This document shows positions 38,344 to 49,131 of a stretch of DNA of 64,000 nucleotides, piece by piece (position 1 is the stretch's first letter; each line of letters starts with the position of its first letter). A program made the translations under genes and the position numbers. A model generated the notes under the pieces. The model ran no database searches. It was not told where the DNA came from and worked only from the letters and a program-made list of their open reading frames with translations. Source of the stretch: an uncultured Chloroflexia bacterium (GTDB taxonomy: Bacteria; Chloroflexota; Limnocylindria; Limnocylindrales; CSP1-4); assembly GCA_963748625.1 (NCBI GenBank), contig CAVVJT010000007.1, positions 544,001-608,000 on the forward strand. Direction: 5' to 3'.

Positions 38344-39339
38344 CTAGAGGTAGCCCTTGCGCCGGAAGTAGATGAGGATGGTCGCGAGGATGGTGACCAT
38401 CGTGGCGATGATCAGCCAGAACTCGTTGATGCTCTCGTCGCCTGGCAGGTCCACGTTCATGCCACCGATCGAGGCGATCAGCGTGAGCGGCAGCAGCGCC
38501 ACGCTGAATGCGGTGAGGACGCGGACTCCTTCGTTCAAGCGGTGCGACAGGACGGACTCGTTGGAGGACTCGAGCGCCTCGGCGACCTCCTTGTAGTTCT
38601 CGAGGACGTCCCAGATCCGCTCGGCGGCATCGGTGATGTCGTCGAAGTAGATGTCGAGGTCCTCGGTCAGGTAGCGCTGCTTGGTGCGCTCGAGGTCGCG
38701 CAGCACGGCGCGCATCGGCCGCACGACGCGCCGGAAGTTGATGATCTCCTGCTTCGCGTTGGAGAGCTCCTGGACGATCTTGGCCGAGCGGCCCTCGAAG
38801 ATGTCGTCCTCGAGCTTGTCGAGCTTCGCGCCCATCTTGCGGAGCATCGGGAACGAGGCGTCCACGCAGGTGTCCACGATCCGGTAGAGCAGGTAGCCGG
38901 TGCCCTTGCTGAAGACGTCCGCCCGGACGGACTCGCGATCGGTGTAGCGCTCGAACATCGCCGTGAGCGGCGGCAGGTTCTGGTCGGGCAGGGTGATCAG
39001 GAAGTCCGGCCCGACGAAGATGTCCACCTCCGCCGTGAGCAGTCGGTCCTGGGTCTTGTCGAACACGGGGAAGTGGAGAACGATGAACAGGTAGTCGTCG
39101 TAGGCGTCCAGCTTGGGGCGCTGGTTGCGCGACGCGACGTCCTCGATGGCCAGGGGGTGGAAGCCGAACTCCCGCTCCAGCCACTCGCGATCGGCCTCAC
39201 GGGGCCGCTCGAGGTTCAGCCAGCGGACGCCGGCCGACTCGATGACATCGGGCTCGGGCGAATCAGGCCCGGCGGCGCTCGGCGGCAGGGTCCCCGACCT
39301 GGCCGTGCGCAACCGCGGTCGCGACAGCAGGTTCGGCAC
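38344..39339 (-). CDS. corA: CorA family Mg2+/Co2+ transporter
   Basis: FHPLAIED..QRPK and GMN signature between two C-terminal TMs. Confidence 0.93.
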   Translation of the reverse strand: MPNLLSRPRLRTARSGTLPPSAAGPDSPEPDVIESAGVRWLNLERPREADREWLEREFGFHPLAIEDVASRNQRPKLDAYDDYLFIVLHFPVFDKTQDRLLTAEVDIFVGPDFLITLPDQNLPPLTAMFERYTDRESVRADVFSKGTGYLLYRIVDTCVDASFPMLRKMGAKLDKLEDDIFEGRSAKIVQELSNAKQEIINFRRVVRPMRAVLRDLERTKQRYLTEDLDIYFDDITDAAERIWDVLENYKEVAEALESSNESVLSHRLNEGVRVLTAFSVALLPLTLIASIGGMNVDLPGDESINEFWLIIATMVTILATILIYFRRKGYL

Positions 39340-39496
39340 TTGGGGGGACTCCGGTTCGCATGGGCGGATCGTACCTCACCACGGGCCGGACGCACCGTCC
39401 GAACGGCTGGGCATCGTGAGCCACCCGTCCTCTGCGCCCTCAGGCACCCCGTTCTTTGCCCCGAGGCGGCCCGGCGACGGCGGTCGGCCTGTGCCC

Positions 39497-40714
39497 TCAG
39501 CCGGCCCGGCGACGGCGGCCGGCCACCACAGCGGCGCCCCCCAGGAACACCAGCGCCCCCAGCACGAACGGCAGTCGCGTGCCGCCCACGGCGGCCACGG
39601 CGGACCCCGTGGCCGGGCCGATGACGCCCGCGATGTAGAGCGGGAGGTAGACGAGGTTCAGCGTGGCCGACCGGCGGGCCGGCGGCACCTCGGTGGCGAG
39701 GAGCGAGAACACCATCGCGCCCGTCGTGGCCACGGCGGCCCCCAGCAGCACCGATGCCGCCGCGAGCAGCGCGAGACCGGGCGCGGCGGGCATCAGCAGG
39801 CTGGCCACCCCACCCCCGACGAGTGCCGTGACCAGCACCGGCTTGAAGCCCAGCCGGTCACCCGCCCAGCCCGAGACCGGCGCCATGAGCGCGCCGACCA
39901 GCGACGCCGTCCCCATGACCAGCCCGATCGCGCTGGCAAGGCCCGGGCCCACCCCCGTGATCTCCTCGACCAGCAGTGGCGTGTACGGACGCGACACCTG
40001 GTTGGCCAGGAACACGACCCCGTACACGAAGAAGAGTCGCCGCACATCAGGATCACCCAGCACGTTGCGGACGGCCGCATAGGCAAGACGAAGCGTCGGT
40101 CCCACCGGCACCACCGGCGGTCGCACCTCGCGCATCGCCAGCGTGACAAGCAGCGCCGTTCCGAGCGAGAACGCCGCGCCCAGCGCGTAGACGCCCGAGA
40201 TCGACCACCCTGCCCCGTCGATCAGGATCCCGGCCAGCAGCGGGCCCACCGCGAACCCGACCGGGCCCGCCGCCCCGAACAGCCCGATCGCGATGCCCAC
40301 TCGGCCGATCGGGGTCACGTCGCGGATCCAGGCCAGCATCACCCCCGTGTTGCCCAGCTGCATGCCGATCAGCATCACGGCGACCGCCATCTGCCACGGC
40401 TCGCGGGCGAGCGCCGCCACGCCCATCACACCCACCATCACCAGCGACGAGCGCACGATCACGGCCTTGCGGCTGTACTTGTCCGCCCACACGCCCCACA
40501 GCGGCACCAGCGGCAGGCCCAGCACGAACACGAGCGAGCTGTACAGGCCGACGAACGGGATCCGGTCCGACTCGGCCACGCCCATGAGGCGCAGGTACGA
40601 GGGCAGCAGCGCGTAGACCTGGCTCACGCCCATCGTCTCGATGAGCTGGGTGACCCAGAAGACGGCGAGGACGAGCCTCCAGTCCTGGAGCCGGCGGGGG
40701 GCGGGAGGTGTCAC
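39497..40714 (-). CDS. MFS transporter
   Basis: WGVWADKYSRK and GWAGDRLGFK motif A; about 12 TMs. Confidence 0.92.
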   Translation of the reverse strand: MTPPAPRRLQDWRLVLAVFWVTQLIETMGVSQVYALLPSYLRLMGVAESDRIPFVGLYSSLVFVLGLPLVPLWGVWADKYSRKAVIVRSSLVMVGVMGVAALAREPWQMAVAVMLIGMQLGNTGVMLAWIRDVTPIGRVGIAIGLFGAAGPVGFAVGPLLAGILIDGAGWSISGVYALGAAFSLGTALLVTLAMREVRPPVVPVGPTLRLAYAAVRNVLGDPDVRRLFFVYGVVFLANQVSRPYTPLLVEEITGVGPGLASAIGLVMGTASLVGALMAPVSGWAGDRLGFKPVLVTALVGGGVASLLMPAAPGLALLAAASVLLGAAVATTGAMVFSLLATEVPPARRSATLNLVYLPLYIAGVIGPATGSAVAAVGGTRLPFVLGALVFLGGAAVVAGRRRRAG

Positions 40715-40818
40715 GCCTCCACGCTACCGGTCGCGGGGCCGCATCGCAGGACGCGTTGGGGGGTGGCTACTGGGCGCCCGTGTGCGCGAACCGGCGCTCC
40801 TCCCGGGTGTTGCGCATG

Positions 40819-40950
40819 AGTCCACGAGAACCCGCAAACGAGCCCCTGCAAGGCGTGGATACCGCCCGTTTCCGCGGTTTCGTTGACCGACGCGCATCAG
40901 GAGGCAGATCGCGACTGCCCGACGACGTCGTTTGCGGGGTTTCGTGGACT
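40819..40950. repeat. 132-bp element with 23-bp terminal inverted repeats (singleton here)
   Basis: AGTCCACGAGAACCCGCAAACGA ... TCGTTTGCGGGGTTTCGTGGACT, 2 mismatches. Confidence 0.75.
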
Positions 40951-41067
40951 GGCAGACAACTGGGCCGCCGGCGGACGGGCGCGACCGGGACCGCCGGCGA
41001 AGGTCGTGTCTGGGTCCCACGGTCATGCAGTTGCGGGAATCCGGTGGTCGGGCGATCCTTCCGCACG

Positions 41068-42717
41068 ATGTCCGATCCAAGCACGGAGCACCCTGAGCCC
41101 GCCGAGCCGTCGCACCCGGCAGGCCGCACCCAGGCCGCCTCGACCCTGCTCCTCCTCAACGCGATCTTCCCGGGCCTCGGCCACCTAGTCGCCGGCCGTC
41201 GGGCATGGGCGGTCGTCCTGGCCGCGCCCGTGCTGATCGCGCTCGTGATCCTCGCGTTCGCCGCGCTCACCGGCGGCGCCACCTCGCTCGCGGCCCGCTT
41301 CCTCGATCCAGGCCTTCTGGGCATCCTGCTGCTCGCGGAGGGAGCCTTCCTCCTGTGGCACCTGTTCTCCCTCGGCGCCGTGCGGGTGGTCACCCCGATC
41401 CGGGCCTCCGCCGTCAACATCGTTGCGGTCGTGGTCGCCGTCGCCATCGTCGTCGGTCCGCAGATCGTGGCCGGCAGCGTGACCGCCGACGCCCGCGATG
41501 CCGCGGTGGCCATCTTCGAACCCGTCGCGGAGGGCGGCGCGTGGGTGCCGGACGCGACGCCGCCGCCGGTCACCGCCAACGACCCGGACTTCGAGATCAC
41601 CCCGTCGGAGGCGCCCTCGATCGACCCCTCCGCGGATCCGTCGGCAAGCGCCTCGACGGAGCCATCGGTCTCGCCCACCCCGGACGTCCCCCGGGTCAAT
41701 GTGCTGCTGATCGGGGTCGACTCGGGCGCGGGCCGCAACACGGCACTCACGGACACGATGATCGTCGCCTCGCTGGACCCCGTCGGGAAGACCGTGTCGA
41801 TGGTGTCGATACCCCGTGACATGGTGGACGTGCCCCTGCCGGACGGCCGGTCCTACCGCGGCAAGATCAACTCCCTCGCGTCGTTCGTGCGCTGGAACCC
41901 CAAGAAGTTCCCGGGCGCCAAGGACGGGCAGTCGGTCCTGGCCGCGGCCATCGGGGAGCTCCTCCACCTCGACATCAGCATGTGGGCCCAGGTCAACCTG
42001 GGCGGCTTCGTGTACCTGGTCGACTCCGTCGGCGGCGTGAACGTCACGGTGACTGACGGCTTCTGCGACCCGCGCTACAAGGAGTACGGGATCAGGGGCT
42101 TCAGCATCTCGCCAGGCCGCTACCACTTCGACGGCGAGCAGGCCCTCGCCTACGCCCGGGTGCGCAAGGCGGCGGGCGAGTCCGACTTCACGCGGGCTGC
42201 CCGCCAGCAGGAGGTGATCGGGGCCCTGCGCGACAAGATCGTCAAGGGCGCGTTCCTCGAGAACCCGGGCAAGTTCCTCAAGTCGCTCGGCCAGACCATC
42301 CAGACCAACATCAAGCCCTCGTTCATCGCTGACTGGATCAGCGTCGCCTCGGAGGTCCGCCGCAAGGACACCTTCCGGGCCGTGATCCAGCGCCCGCTCG
42401 TGCGCGGCGAGTACGACCAGCGCGGATCCATCCAGGTCCCGAACCTCAAGAAGATCCGGGCCCTTGCGACGCGCTTGTTCACCCCGGCCGGCGTGCGGCC
42501 GGAGGGCTTTGAGACGATGCCCGCCGCAGGGTCGGGACCCGCCAGGTCGGCCGGCAAGTCCTCCACCTGCGGCATTGCCCCCAAGCCGAAGCCGACGCCC
42601 AAGGCCACGCCGAAGCCGACACCCAAGGCCAGCGCCAAGCCGACGCCCGCACCGACGCCCGAGCCGACCGCGGAGCCCACGCCCGAGCTCACCCCGGAAC
42701 CGACGCCCGAGCCCTGA
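41068..42717 (+). CDS. LCP (LytR-CpsA-Psr) family protein
   Basis: NVLLIGVD, TDTMIV, SIPRD, ALAYARVR, SDFTRAARQQ; N-terminal TMs; PT-rich tail. Confidence 0.93.
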   Translation: MSDPSTEHPEPAEPSHPAGRTQAASTLLLLNAIFPGLGHLVAGRRAWAVVLAAPVLIALVILAFAALTGGATSLAARFLDPGLLGILLLAEGAFLLWHLFSLGAVRVVTPIRASAVNIVAVVVAVAIVVGPQIVAGSVTADARDAAVAIFEPVAEGGAWVPDATPPPVTANDPDFEITPSEAPSIDPSADPSASASTEPSVSPTPDVPRVNVLLIGVDSGAGRNTALTDTMIVASLDPVGKTVSMVSIPRDMVDVPLPDGRSYRGKINSLASFVRWNPKKFPGAKDGQSVLAAAIGELLHLDISMWAQVNLGGFVYLVDSVGGVNVTVTDGFCDPRYKEYGIRGFSISPGRYHFDGEQALAYARVRKAAGESDFTRAARQQEVIGALRDKIVKGAFLENPGKFLKSLGQTIQTNIKPSFIADWISVASEVRRKDTFRAVIQRPLVRGEYDQRGSIQVPNLKKIRALATRLFTPAGVRPEGFETMPAAGSGPARSAGKSSTCGIAPKPKPTPKATPKPTPKASAKPTPAPTPEPTAEPTPELTPEPTPEP

Positions 42718-42745
42718 TCGCTGGACGCAAGGCGTCCGGGTCCGG

Positions 42746-44162
42746 TCAGCCCGCGCCCGCGGCCGCCTTCGTCGCTGCGTAGACGGTCAGCGCCCGTTCT
42801 CGCGCCAGCGCGTGCTCCACGATCGGCTCCGGGTACTCCCGGCCCAGGCGGACGCCAGCGGCCGCCAGCTCCACCGGTCCAAGGGTCCACGGCTCGTGGA
42901 TCGCATCACCGGTGATGCCGCGCAGCTCCGGCACCCAGCGCCGCACGTACTCGCCCGCCGGGTCGAAGCGCTTGCCCTGCAGGATCGGGTTGAAGACGCG
43001 GAAGTACGGCTGCGGGTCCGTGCCCGTGCTCGCGGTCCACTGCCAGCCCCCGTTGTTGCTGGCGAGGTCGCCGTCCACCAGGTGCGCCATGAACTCCGCC
43101 TCGCCGAGGCGCCAGTCCAGGAGCAGGTGCTTGGTCAGGAATGAGGCCGCGATCATCCTCGCCCGGTTGTGGACGAACCCGCTCGCACGCAGCTGGCGCA
43201 TCGCGGCGTCCACCACCGGGTAGCCCGTCCGGCCCTCCGCCCAGGCCCGGAGGCCGTCGGCGTCGTCACGCCAGGGGAGCTGGTCGAAGACCCGCTGGTA
43301 GGCCTCCGTCGTCACCCGCGGGTTGTGCCAGAGGACATGCCCGTAGAACTCGCGCCAGACCACCTCGCTGACAAACACCCGCCGCCCGTCACCGGGGCCC
43401 TCGGCACGCTCCACCACCTCGAGGGGTGACAGGAGCCCGAAGCGCAGGTCCGCCGACAGCCGCGAGGTCCCATCGAGATCCAGACGGTTGCGGTCCTCGG
43501 CGTAGGCGTCGAGCGCCCGGCCTTCGAGCCAGCGGTCCAGGCGCACACGGGCGGCCGCCTCCCCGGGGACGGGGAGGAGGGCAGGGTCCGCGGTGGGCGG
43601 GGCGACGTCCGGGACGGGGTCCGGGTGCTCGCGGCCGGGCGCGCCAGGGATCCGCGCCGGCGCCGGCAGGAGGGATCGTCGCGGGCGGCCCTCCCACGTG
43701 CGCCGGAACGGGCCGAAGACCGAGTAGGGGCGACCGTCGGCGGTGAGCACCTCGTCGGGCTCGTGGACGTAGAGGCCGCGCTTCGCGTGGACCGTCACCC
43801 CCAACGGAGCCAGGGCCTCCGCGACCGCGCGGTCACGGCGCCGGCCGTACGGCGTGGCATCGCGGGCCAGGTACAGCGAGGTTGCGCCCGGCCTCGCGGA
43901 CCAGCGCCGGCAGCACGTCCGCTGGTCGACCGGTCAGGACGCGGAGGCCGGCGCCACGTTCTGCGAGCGCGGTCGCCAGCTCCACCACGCTCTCGCGCAT
44001 GAACCACACCCGGTTGGGCGCGGGCCAGCGCCCCTGGAGGAGCGCCTCGTCGAAGACGAAGACGGGGACCACGATGTCCGCCTCGGCGATGGCCGCGGCC
44101 AGGGCGGGGTTGTCGGTGACGCGCAGGTCGCGGCGGAACCAGACGATGGCGGTGCTCGGCAT
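42746..44162 (-). CDS. phrB: Deoxyribodipyrimidine photolyase (one frameshift near 43888, probably sequencing error)
   Basis: IVWFRRDLRVTDNPAL in one frame; TSRLS, GRTGYP.VDAAMRQL, HNRARM, NNGGWQW in the next. Confidence 0.9.
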
Positions 44163-44219
44163 GCCCTTCTTTCGCTGCAGCGGCGGGTGCGGACGTCCCC
44201 GACGTTCCATGATGCGCTC

Positions 44220-44747
44220 GTGACCGTCCTCGAGCTGCCCGATCCGTGCCTGGTGCTCATGGTGGGAGCCGCGGGCGCCGGCAAGTCCACCCTCGCGGCG
44301 CGCCTCTTCGCGCCTGACGACGTGCTGGCGTCGGACGCGTACCGCGAGCGGATCACCGGTGACGCCGCCGACCAGGCCGCGACTCGGGCGGCCTTCGCCG
44401 CGCTCCACCGCGATCTCCGGGCGCGTCTCCGGGCGGGGCGGACGACGGCGGTGGACGCGACCAGCGTGCACGAGCACGCCCGCAGATCGCTCCTGCGGGT
44501 GGCCGCCGAGGCGGGCGTGCCGGTGGTGGCGATCGTGCTGGACCTTCCCGACGACCTGGTCCTCGAGCGGAATGCCGCCCGTGACCGGGTCGTGCCGGAG
44601 GAGGCCGTGCGCCGCCAGCTGGCCGCCCTGCGCCGTGCCCTGGGGCCGCGGCAGCTGCCCGCCGAGGGGTACGCGCGGCTCATCGTGCTGCGCTCGCCGG
44701 CCGAGGTGGACGCGCTGGTCGTCGAGCGGAGGCCGCGTCCAGGCTGA
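44220..44747 (+). CDS. AAA_33 / polynucleotide-kinase-like P-loop protein
   Basis: VGAAGAGKST, VDAT, ERNAARDRVVPE. Confidence 0.85.
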   Translation: MTVLELPDPCLVLMVGAAGAGKSTLAARLFAPDDVLASDAYRERITGDAADQAATRAAFAALHRDLRARLRAGRTTAVDATSVHEHARRSLLRVAAEAGVPVVAIVLDLPDDLVLERNAARDRVVPEEAVRRQLAALRRALGPRQLPAEGYARLIVLRSPAEVDALVVERRPRPG

Positions 44748-44760
44748 CCGCCCGACACGC

Positions 44761-44937
44761 GATTCCATCCCTCCGCGGATCGATTCCCCGATCCATTCCT
44801 GCGCGGATCGAATCGGCCAACAATCCCCGTGGTGAGATCCGACCCGGCCGTACGGGCCTGACCCGTGCATGCACCGTCTCGATTCGATCCCTGCAAGGAT
44901 GGACCTGGCCAAGTCATCCGCGAGCGGATGGAATCCG
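44761..44937 (+). repeat. 177-bp structured intergenic repeat (family D, copy 3)
   Basis: Perfect TIR GATTCCATCC/GGATGGAATC; core GGATCGAATCGGCCAACAATCCCCGTGG. Confidence 0.9.
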
Positions 44938-44993
44938 TCGCTGGCGCTCAACCGACGCTCAGCCTGCGTCGGCCCCGGCGTCGCTCCTGGCGC

Positions 44994-45308
44994 TCAGCCG
45001 GCCTCCGACGCGAGCCTGACCCGCCCGAACGGCTTCGCCCGGAGCTCCACCCAGACACCGTTCTGCATGTAGACGTCCTGGCGGGCGATGTCGAGCGCGG
45101 CCTGCTCCGAGTCCGCGCGGACGAGCAGCATCGACAACGACACGTCGGTGTATGCGCCGGCCTCCACCACCACGCCTGCAGCCCTGAGCTCGGCGATGCG
45201 CGCGAGATGAGTGGCCCGGAACGGCGTCCTGGTCTCGGCGGCATCAGGTGCGTACGTCGCCTGGATCAGCCAGACGGTCTCAAGGGAGTAGGCGGGCGTC
45301 TCGGTCAT
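44994..45308 (-). CDS. YciI-like protein
   Basis: RTPFRATHLARI..G.VVEAGA..DVYMQNGVW pattern. Confidence 0.75.
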   Translation of the reverse strand: MTETPAYSLETVWLIQATYAPDAAETRTPFRATHLARIAELRAAGVVVEAGAYTDVSLSMLLVRADSEQAALDIARQDVYMQNGVWVELRAKPFGRVRLASEAG

Positions 45309-45495
45309 CGGGCTCTTCTGCTCCTCGGGATGACGAGCGCACCCGTGTGCGCGGCGTCCGAAGCGTACAGGCAGAACAGGCCATTCGGGCGCTTGCACAT
45401 CCCGGTCCCGGCGTGCTAAGTTCACTTTATCGACCGACAAAGCCTATAAACCGACAACCACTCGCTCAGCCGTTGTCTCCAGTGTGAGGGTCTCC

Positions 45496-46597
45496 ATGCA
45501 GCGCTCCCCCGTCCGGCTCCTCGCCGCGTTCGCCGTCACCGCCTCCGTCCGTCGTCGCTGCGTGCGGCGGTGCATCGGGCTCTGCGGCCCCTGCGGCCAC
45601 CTCGGCCCCGGCGGCCAGCGAAGGCGGCGTCCCGGGCCCCCTGACCGAGGACGTCACCGTCCGCTTCGGTGTCTTCCCGAACATCACCCACGCGCCCGGC
45701 CTCGTGGAGCTCGCCGACGGCGGCCAGCTCTCCAAGCTCCTGCCCAACGCGACGATCAAGGTGGAGCCGTTCAACTCGGGCACCACGGCCGTCGAGGCGA
45801 TGTTCAGCGACGCGATCGACATCACCTTCATCGGCCCCAACCCGGCCATCAACGCCTACGCCAAGTCGAAGGGCGACGCCGTTCGCGTCATCTCCGGCTC
45901 CACGTCGGGCGGCGCGTTCCTCGTGGTCCGTCCGGAGATCAAGAGCGCGGCCGACCTCAAGGGCAAGAAGATCGCCTCACCGTCGCTCGGCAACACGCAG
46001 GATGTCGCGCTCCGCGCCTGGCTGAAGAGCCAGGGTCTTGCAGCAGACACGGCGGGCGGCGGCGACGTGTCGATCACCCCGCAGGAGAATTCCCAGACGC
46101 TCGAGACCTTCCTTGCGGGCACCATCGACGGCGCGTGGGTCCCCGAGCCGTGGGCGACCCGCCTCATCAAGGAGGGCGGCGCCACCGTCCTCGTCGACGA
46201 GCGTGACCTGTGGCCGGAGGGCAAGTACGTCACCACCCACCTGATGGTCGCCAGGAAGTTCCTCGACGAGAACCCTGAGGTCGTGAAGCGCATCCTGCTC
46301 GCCACCGTCCAGGCCGTCGACTTCGTGAACGAGAACCCGGCCGAGGCCCAGAAGATCGTCAACAACGAGATCGAGAAGTACACGACCAAGAAGCTGTCGG
46401 ACGACCTCCTGACCAGCGCCTGGAAGAACCTCACGTTCACAGTCGACCCGGTTGCGTCGTCGCTCAAGAAGTCCGCGGAGGACGCCATCGGCCAGGGCCT
46501 GCTCAAGGACCCGGGCGACCTCGCCGGCTTGTACGACCTGGCCGCGCTCAACGAGATCCTCAAGGCCCTCGGCAAGCCGGAGGTCAGCGGTCTGTGA
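45496..46597 (+). CDS. Aliphatic sulfonate-type ABC substrate-binding lipoprotein (SsuA-like; frameshift near 45549)
   Basis: FPNITHAP, IGPNPAIN, GNTQDVALR, AWVPEPW; lipobox VAAC is restored by removing one base. Confidence 0.85.
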
Positions 46598-47409
46598 GAC
46601 TCCTGCCGGCGATCGAGCCGGACGGTGATCGGATCATCAGCCCCGTGGAGCCTGACAGCGCCACGGGGCGGATTACCGTCCTCATCGACAACGTCTCGAA
46701 GATCTTCGGCACCGGCAACGGCACCGTCACCGCCCTCGACGACATCTCCCTGACTGTCCATGAGGGCGAGTTCGTCTCGATCCTGGGCGCCTCGGGCTGC
46801 GGCAAGTCCACGCTGCTCAACCTGGTCGCCGGGCTCGACACGCCCACCCGCGGCACCGTCCACCGCGCGGGCCAGCCGTCGTTCATGTTCCAGGAGGCCG
46901 CGCTCTTCCCGTGGCTGTCCGTGGAGCGCAACGTGGAGCTGCCGCTGAAGCTGCGCAAGGTCGGCAAGAAGGAGCGCCAGGAGCGGGTTGCCGAGCTCCT
47001 TGACATGGTCCAGCTCACGGCGTTCGCCAAGCGCCAGCCCCATGAGCTCTCCGGTGGCATGCGCCAGCGGGCCGCACTCGCCCGGGCCCTGGCGCAGGAC
47101 TCCGAGGTCCTCCTGATGGACGAGCCCTTCGGTGCCCTCGACGCGATGACCCGCGACATCCTGCACGACGAGGTGGAGCGGATCTGGCAGCAGACCGGGC
47201 GGACGATCCTCTTCGTCACCCACAACGTGCGCGAGGCGGCCCGCCTGGGCGACCGGATCGTCCTGCTGACCAGCCGGCCCGGTCGCGTCGCCGAGGAGTT
47301 CCGGGTGGACATCCCGCGTCCGCGGCGCATCGAGGATCCCGACGTGTCGGCCCTGGCCAAGGTCGTGACCGCCCGCCTGCGCGAGGAGGTCGCCCGCCAT
47401 GGCCGCTGA
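46594..47409 (+). CDS. ABC ATP-binding protein (SsuB/TauB-like)
   Basis: GASGCGKST, LSGGMRQR, MDEPFGALD. Confidence 0.95.
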   Translation: MRLLPAIEPDGDRIISPVEPDSATGRITVLIDNVSKIFGTGNGTVTALDDISLTVHEGEFVSILGASGCGKSTLLNLVAGLDTPTRGTVHRAGQPSFMFQEAALFPWLSVERNVELPLKLRKVGKKERQERVAELLDMVQLTAFAKRQPHELSGGMRQRAALARALAQDSEVLLMDEPFGALDAMTRDILHDEVERIWQQTGRTILFVTHNVREAARLGDRIVLLTSRPGRVAEEFRVDIPRPRRIEDPDVSALAKVVTARLREEVARHGR

Positions 47410-48386
47410 CGTCCGGCGCATCATCCGCCGCGACGGCGGCGCCGCAGGTGGTGGCGGCGGCGGCACCGGCGGCGGGCCGGGCGACAGGCGCGGTCAGGAC
47501 GCCCGGGCCGAGGTCGCCGGCCTCGACGCCCTCGACACGCCCGTCGGTGGCGCACGAGCGTCGCTCGCCCACCGCGTCTGGTCCGGCACCTGGCCGAAGC
47601 TCATGGCCATCGGGATCGTGCTCCTCCTCTGGCAGGCGGTCGTCATGACCGGGTGGCGCCCCACCTACGTGCTCCCGGGGCCAGGCGAGGTCCTTGCCCG
47701 CCTGTGGGCCGATTTCCAGACCGTGGAGCTCTGGCAGGCCATCGCGATCACCATGCGCCGCGGCATCTGGGGCTTCACCCTGGCCGTCATCATCGGCGTG
47801 GGCGTGGGTGCGCTCGTCTCGCGGTTCGCCATCATGCGGGCCGCGATCGGGTCGCTGATCACCGGTCTGCAGACCATGCCGTCGATCGCGTGGTTCCCGC
47901 TTGCGATCCTGCTGTTCAAGCTCTCCGAGGAGGCGATCACGTTCGTGGTGATCCTCGGCGCGGCGCCGTCGATCGCGAACGGCCTGATCCACGGCATCGA
48001 CCACATCCCGCCGGTGCTGACCCGTGCCGGGCCGCGTCATGGGGGCGCGCGGGCTCGACGCGTACCGGCACGTGATCATCCCGGCGGCGATGCCGTCGTT
48101 CGTGGCGGGCCTCAAGGGCGGCTGGGCGTTCGCCTGGCGCTCGCTGATGGCCGGCGAGCTGCTGGTGGTGATCGCCTACCAGACGTCGCTCGGGTTCCTG
48201 CTCCAGATCAACCGCGAACTGTCGGATTCCACAGGACTCCTGGCGATCATGCTCGTGATCCTGATCATCGGCATCCTGCTCGACTCGCTCGTGTTCGGGC
48301 AGCTGGAGCGGCGGATCCGGGCGAAGCGCGGGCTGCTGCCGGCCGAGACGGTGCGGGTCAAGGTGGTCCAGGGGGACCCGTTCTGA
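47399..48386 (+). CDS. ABC permease (SsuC/TauC-like; frameshift near 48030)
   Basis: LQTMPSIAWFPLA in one frame, GWAFAWRSLMAGEL in the next. Confidence 0.88.
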
Positions 48387-48448
48387 GACCCGTCCTCGGT
48401 CGGGCGGGGCAGGCGGGGTGGCGCGGCGGAGTGCCCAGTCCGGTCCGA

Positions 48449-48606
48449 TGCATCCAGAGCAATACTCTCGATCCCGGCTGCTGCCTCGTTGCCGGCCGGG
48501 CAACGGGACGACGTGATCACGGCGGCGGTGTTCCCGATTCACTGCGCCGCGTTGCGGCGAGAGCATCGTAGGAGCATGGCGGGGCGAATCTATTGCCTCG
48601 TGCGCA
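48449..48606. repeat. 158-bp palindromic intergenic element (family C, copy 2)
   Basis: TGCA..AGCAATACT start, TATTGC..GCA end; internal motifs co-linear with 27945-28101. Confidence 0.7.
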
Positions 48607-48661
48607 CGCCGGCGAGGACGGCGGCGGGACGGCGGCGGGCACGCGCCCGGAACAGCCCGGT

Positions 48662-49122
48662 TCAGTGCGGGACGAGCGCGTCCGGGTCCTCGAGCAGCAC
48701 GGCCACATCCGGGCTCGATCGTTCCGGCACCACGTCCGCGATCGAGACCCGCTCCAGCACCTGGCGCAGGCTCACTCGCGTCGCCAGCCAGACGTCGCGC
48801 AGGTGCGTGGCCGTGCCCTTGAAGACGAGGCTCTCGGGGCGCATGCCCGCGCACGTCGGCCAATGGCCCCTCGACCGCCCGGATGACGTCGGCGATGGTG
48901 ATGTCGGACGCGGGCTTCGCCATCCGGTAGCCGCCCACCTGGCCGCGCATCGAGCGCACGAAGCCCGCCCGGCGCAGGTCCACCAGGATGTTCTCGAGAT
49001 AGGAGAGCGGGATCTCCTGGGCGGACGCGATCTGCTCGGCCTTCAGCGGCGCCGTCGCCCTCGTACGCGGCGAGCTCGCACATCGCCCGCACGGCGTAGT
49101 CGACCTTGGCGGAGATCCTCAT
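48662..49122 (-). CDS. Rrf2 family transcriptional regulator (two frameshifts)
   Basis: MRISAKVDYAVRAM / YLENILVDLRRAG.VRS.RGQ.GGY..ITIADVIRAVEG / RPESL..DVWLA in three frames. Confidence 0.85.
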
Positions 49123-49131
49123 GCCGCCATG

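Noticed and set aside
42580-42714. Repetitive DNA at the end of the LCP gene
   Set aside because: Encodes an ordinary Pro/Thr/Lys/Glu low-complexity tail.
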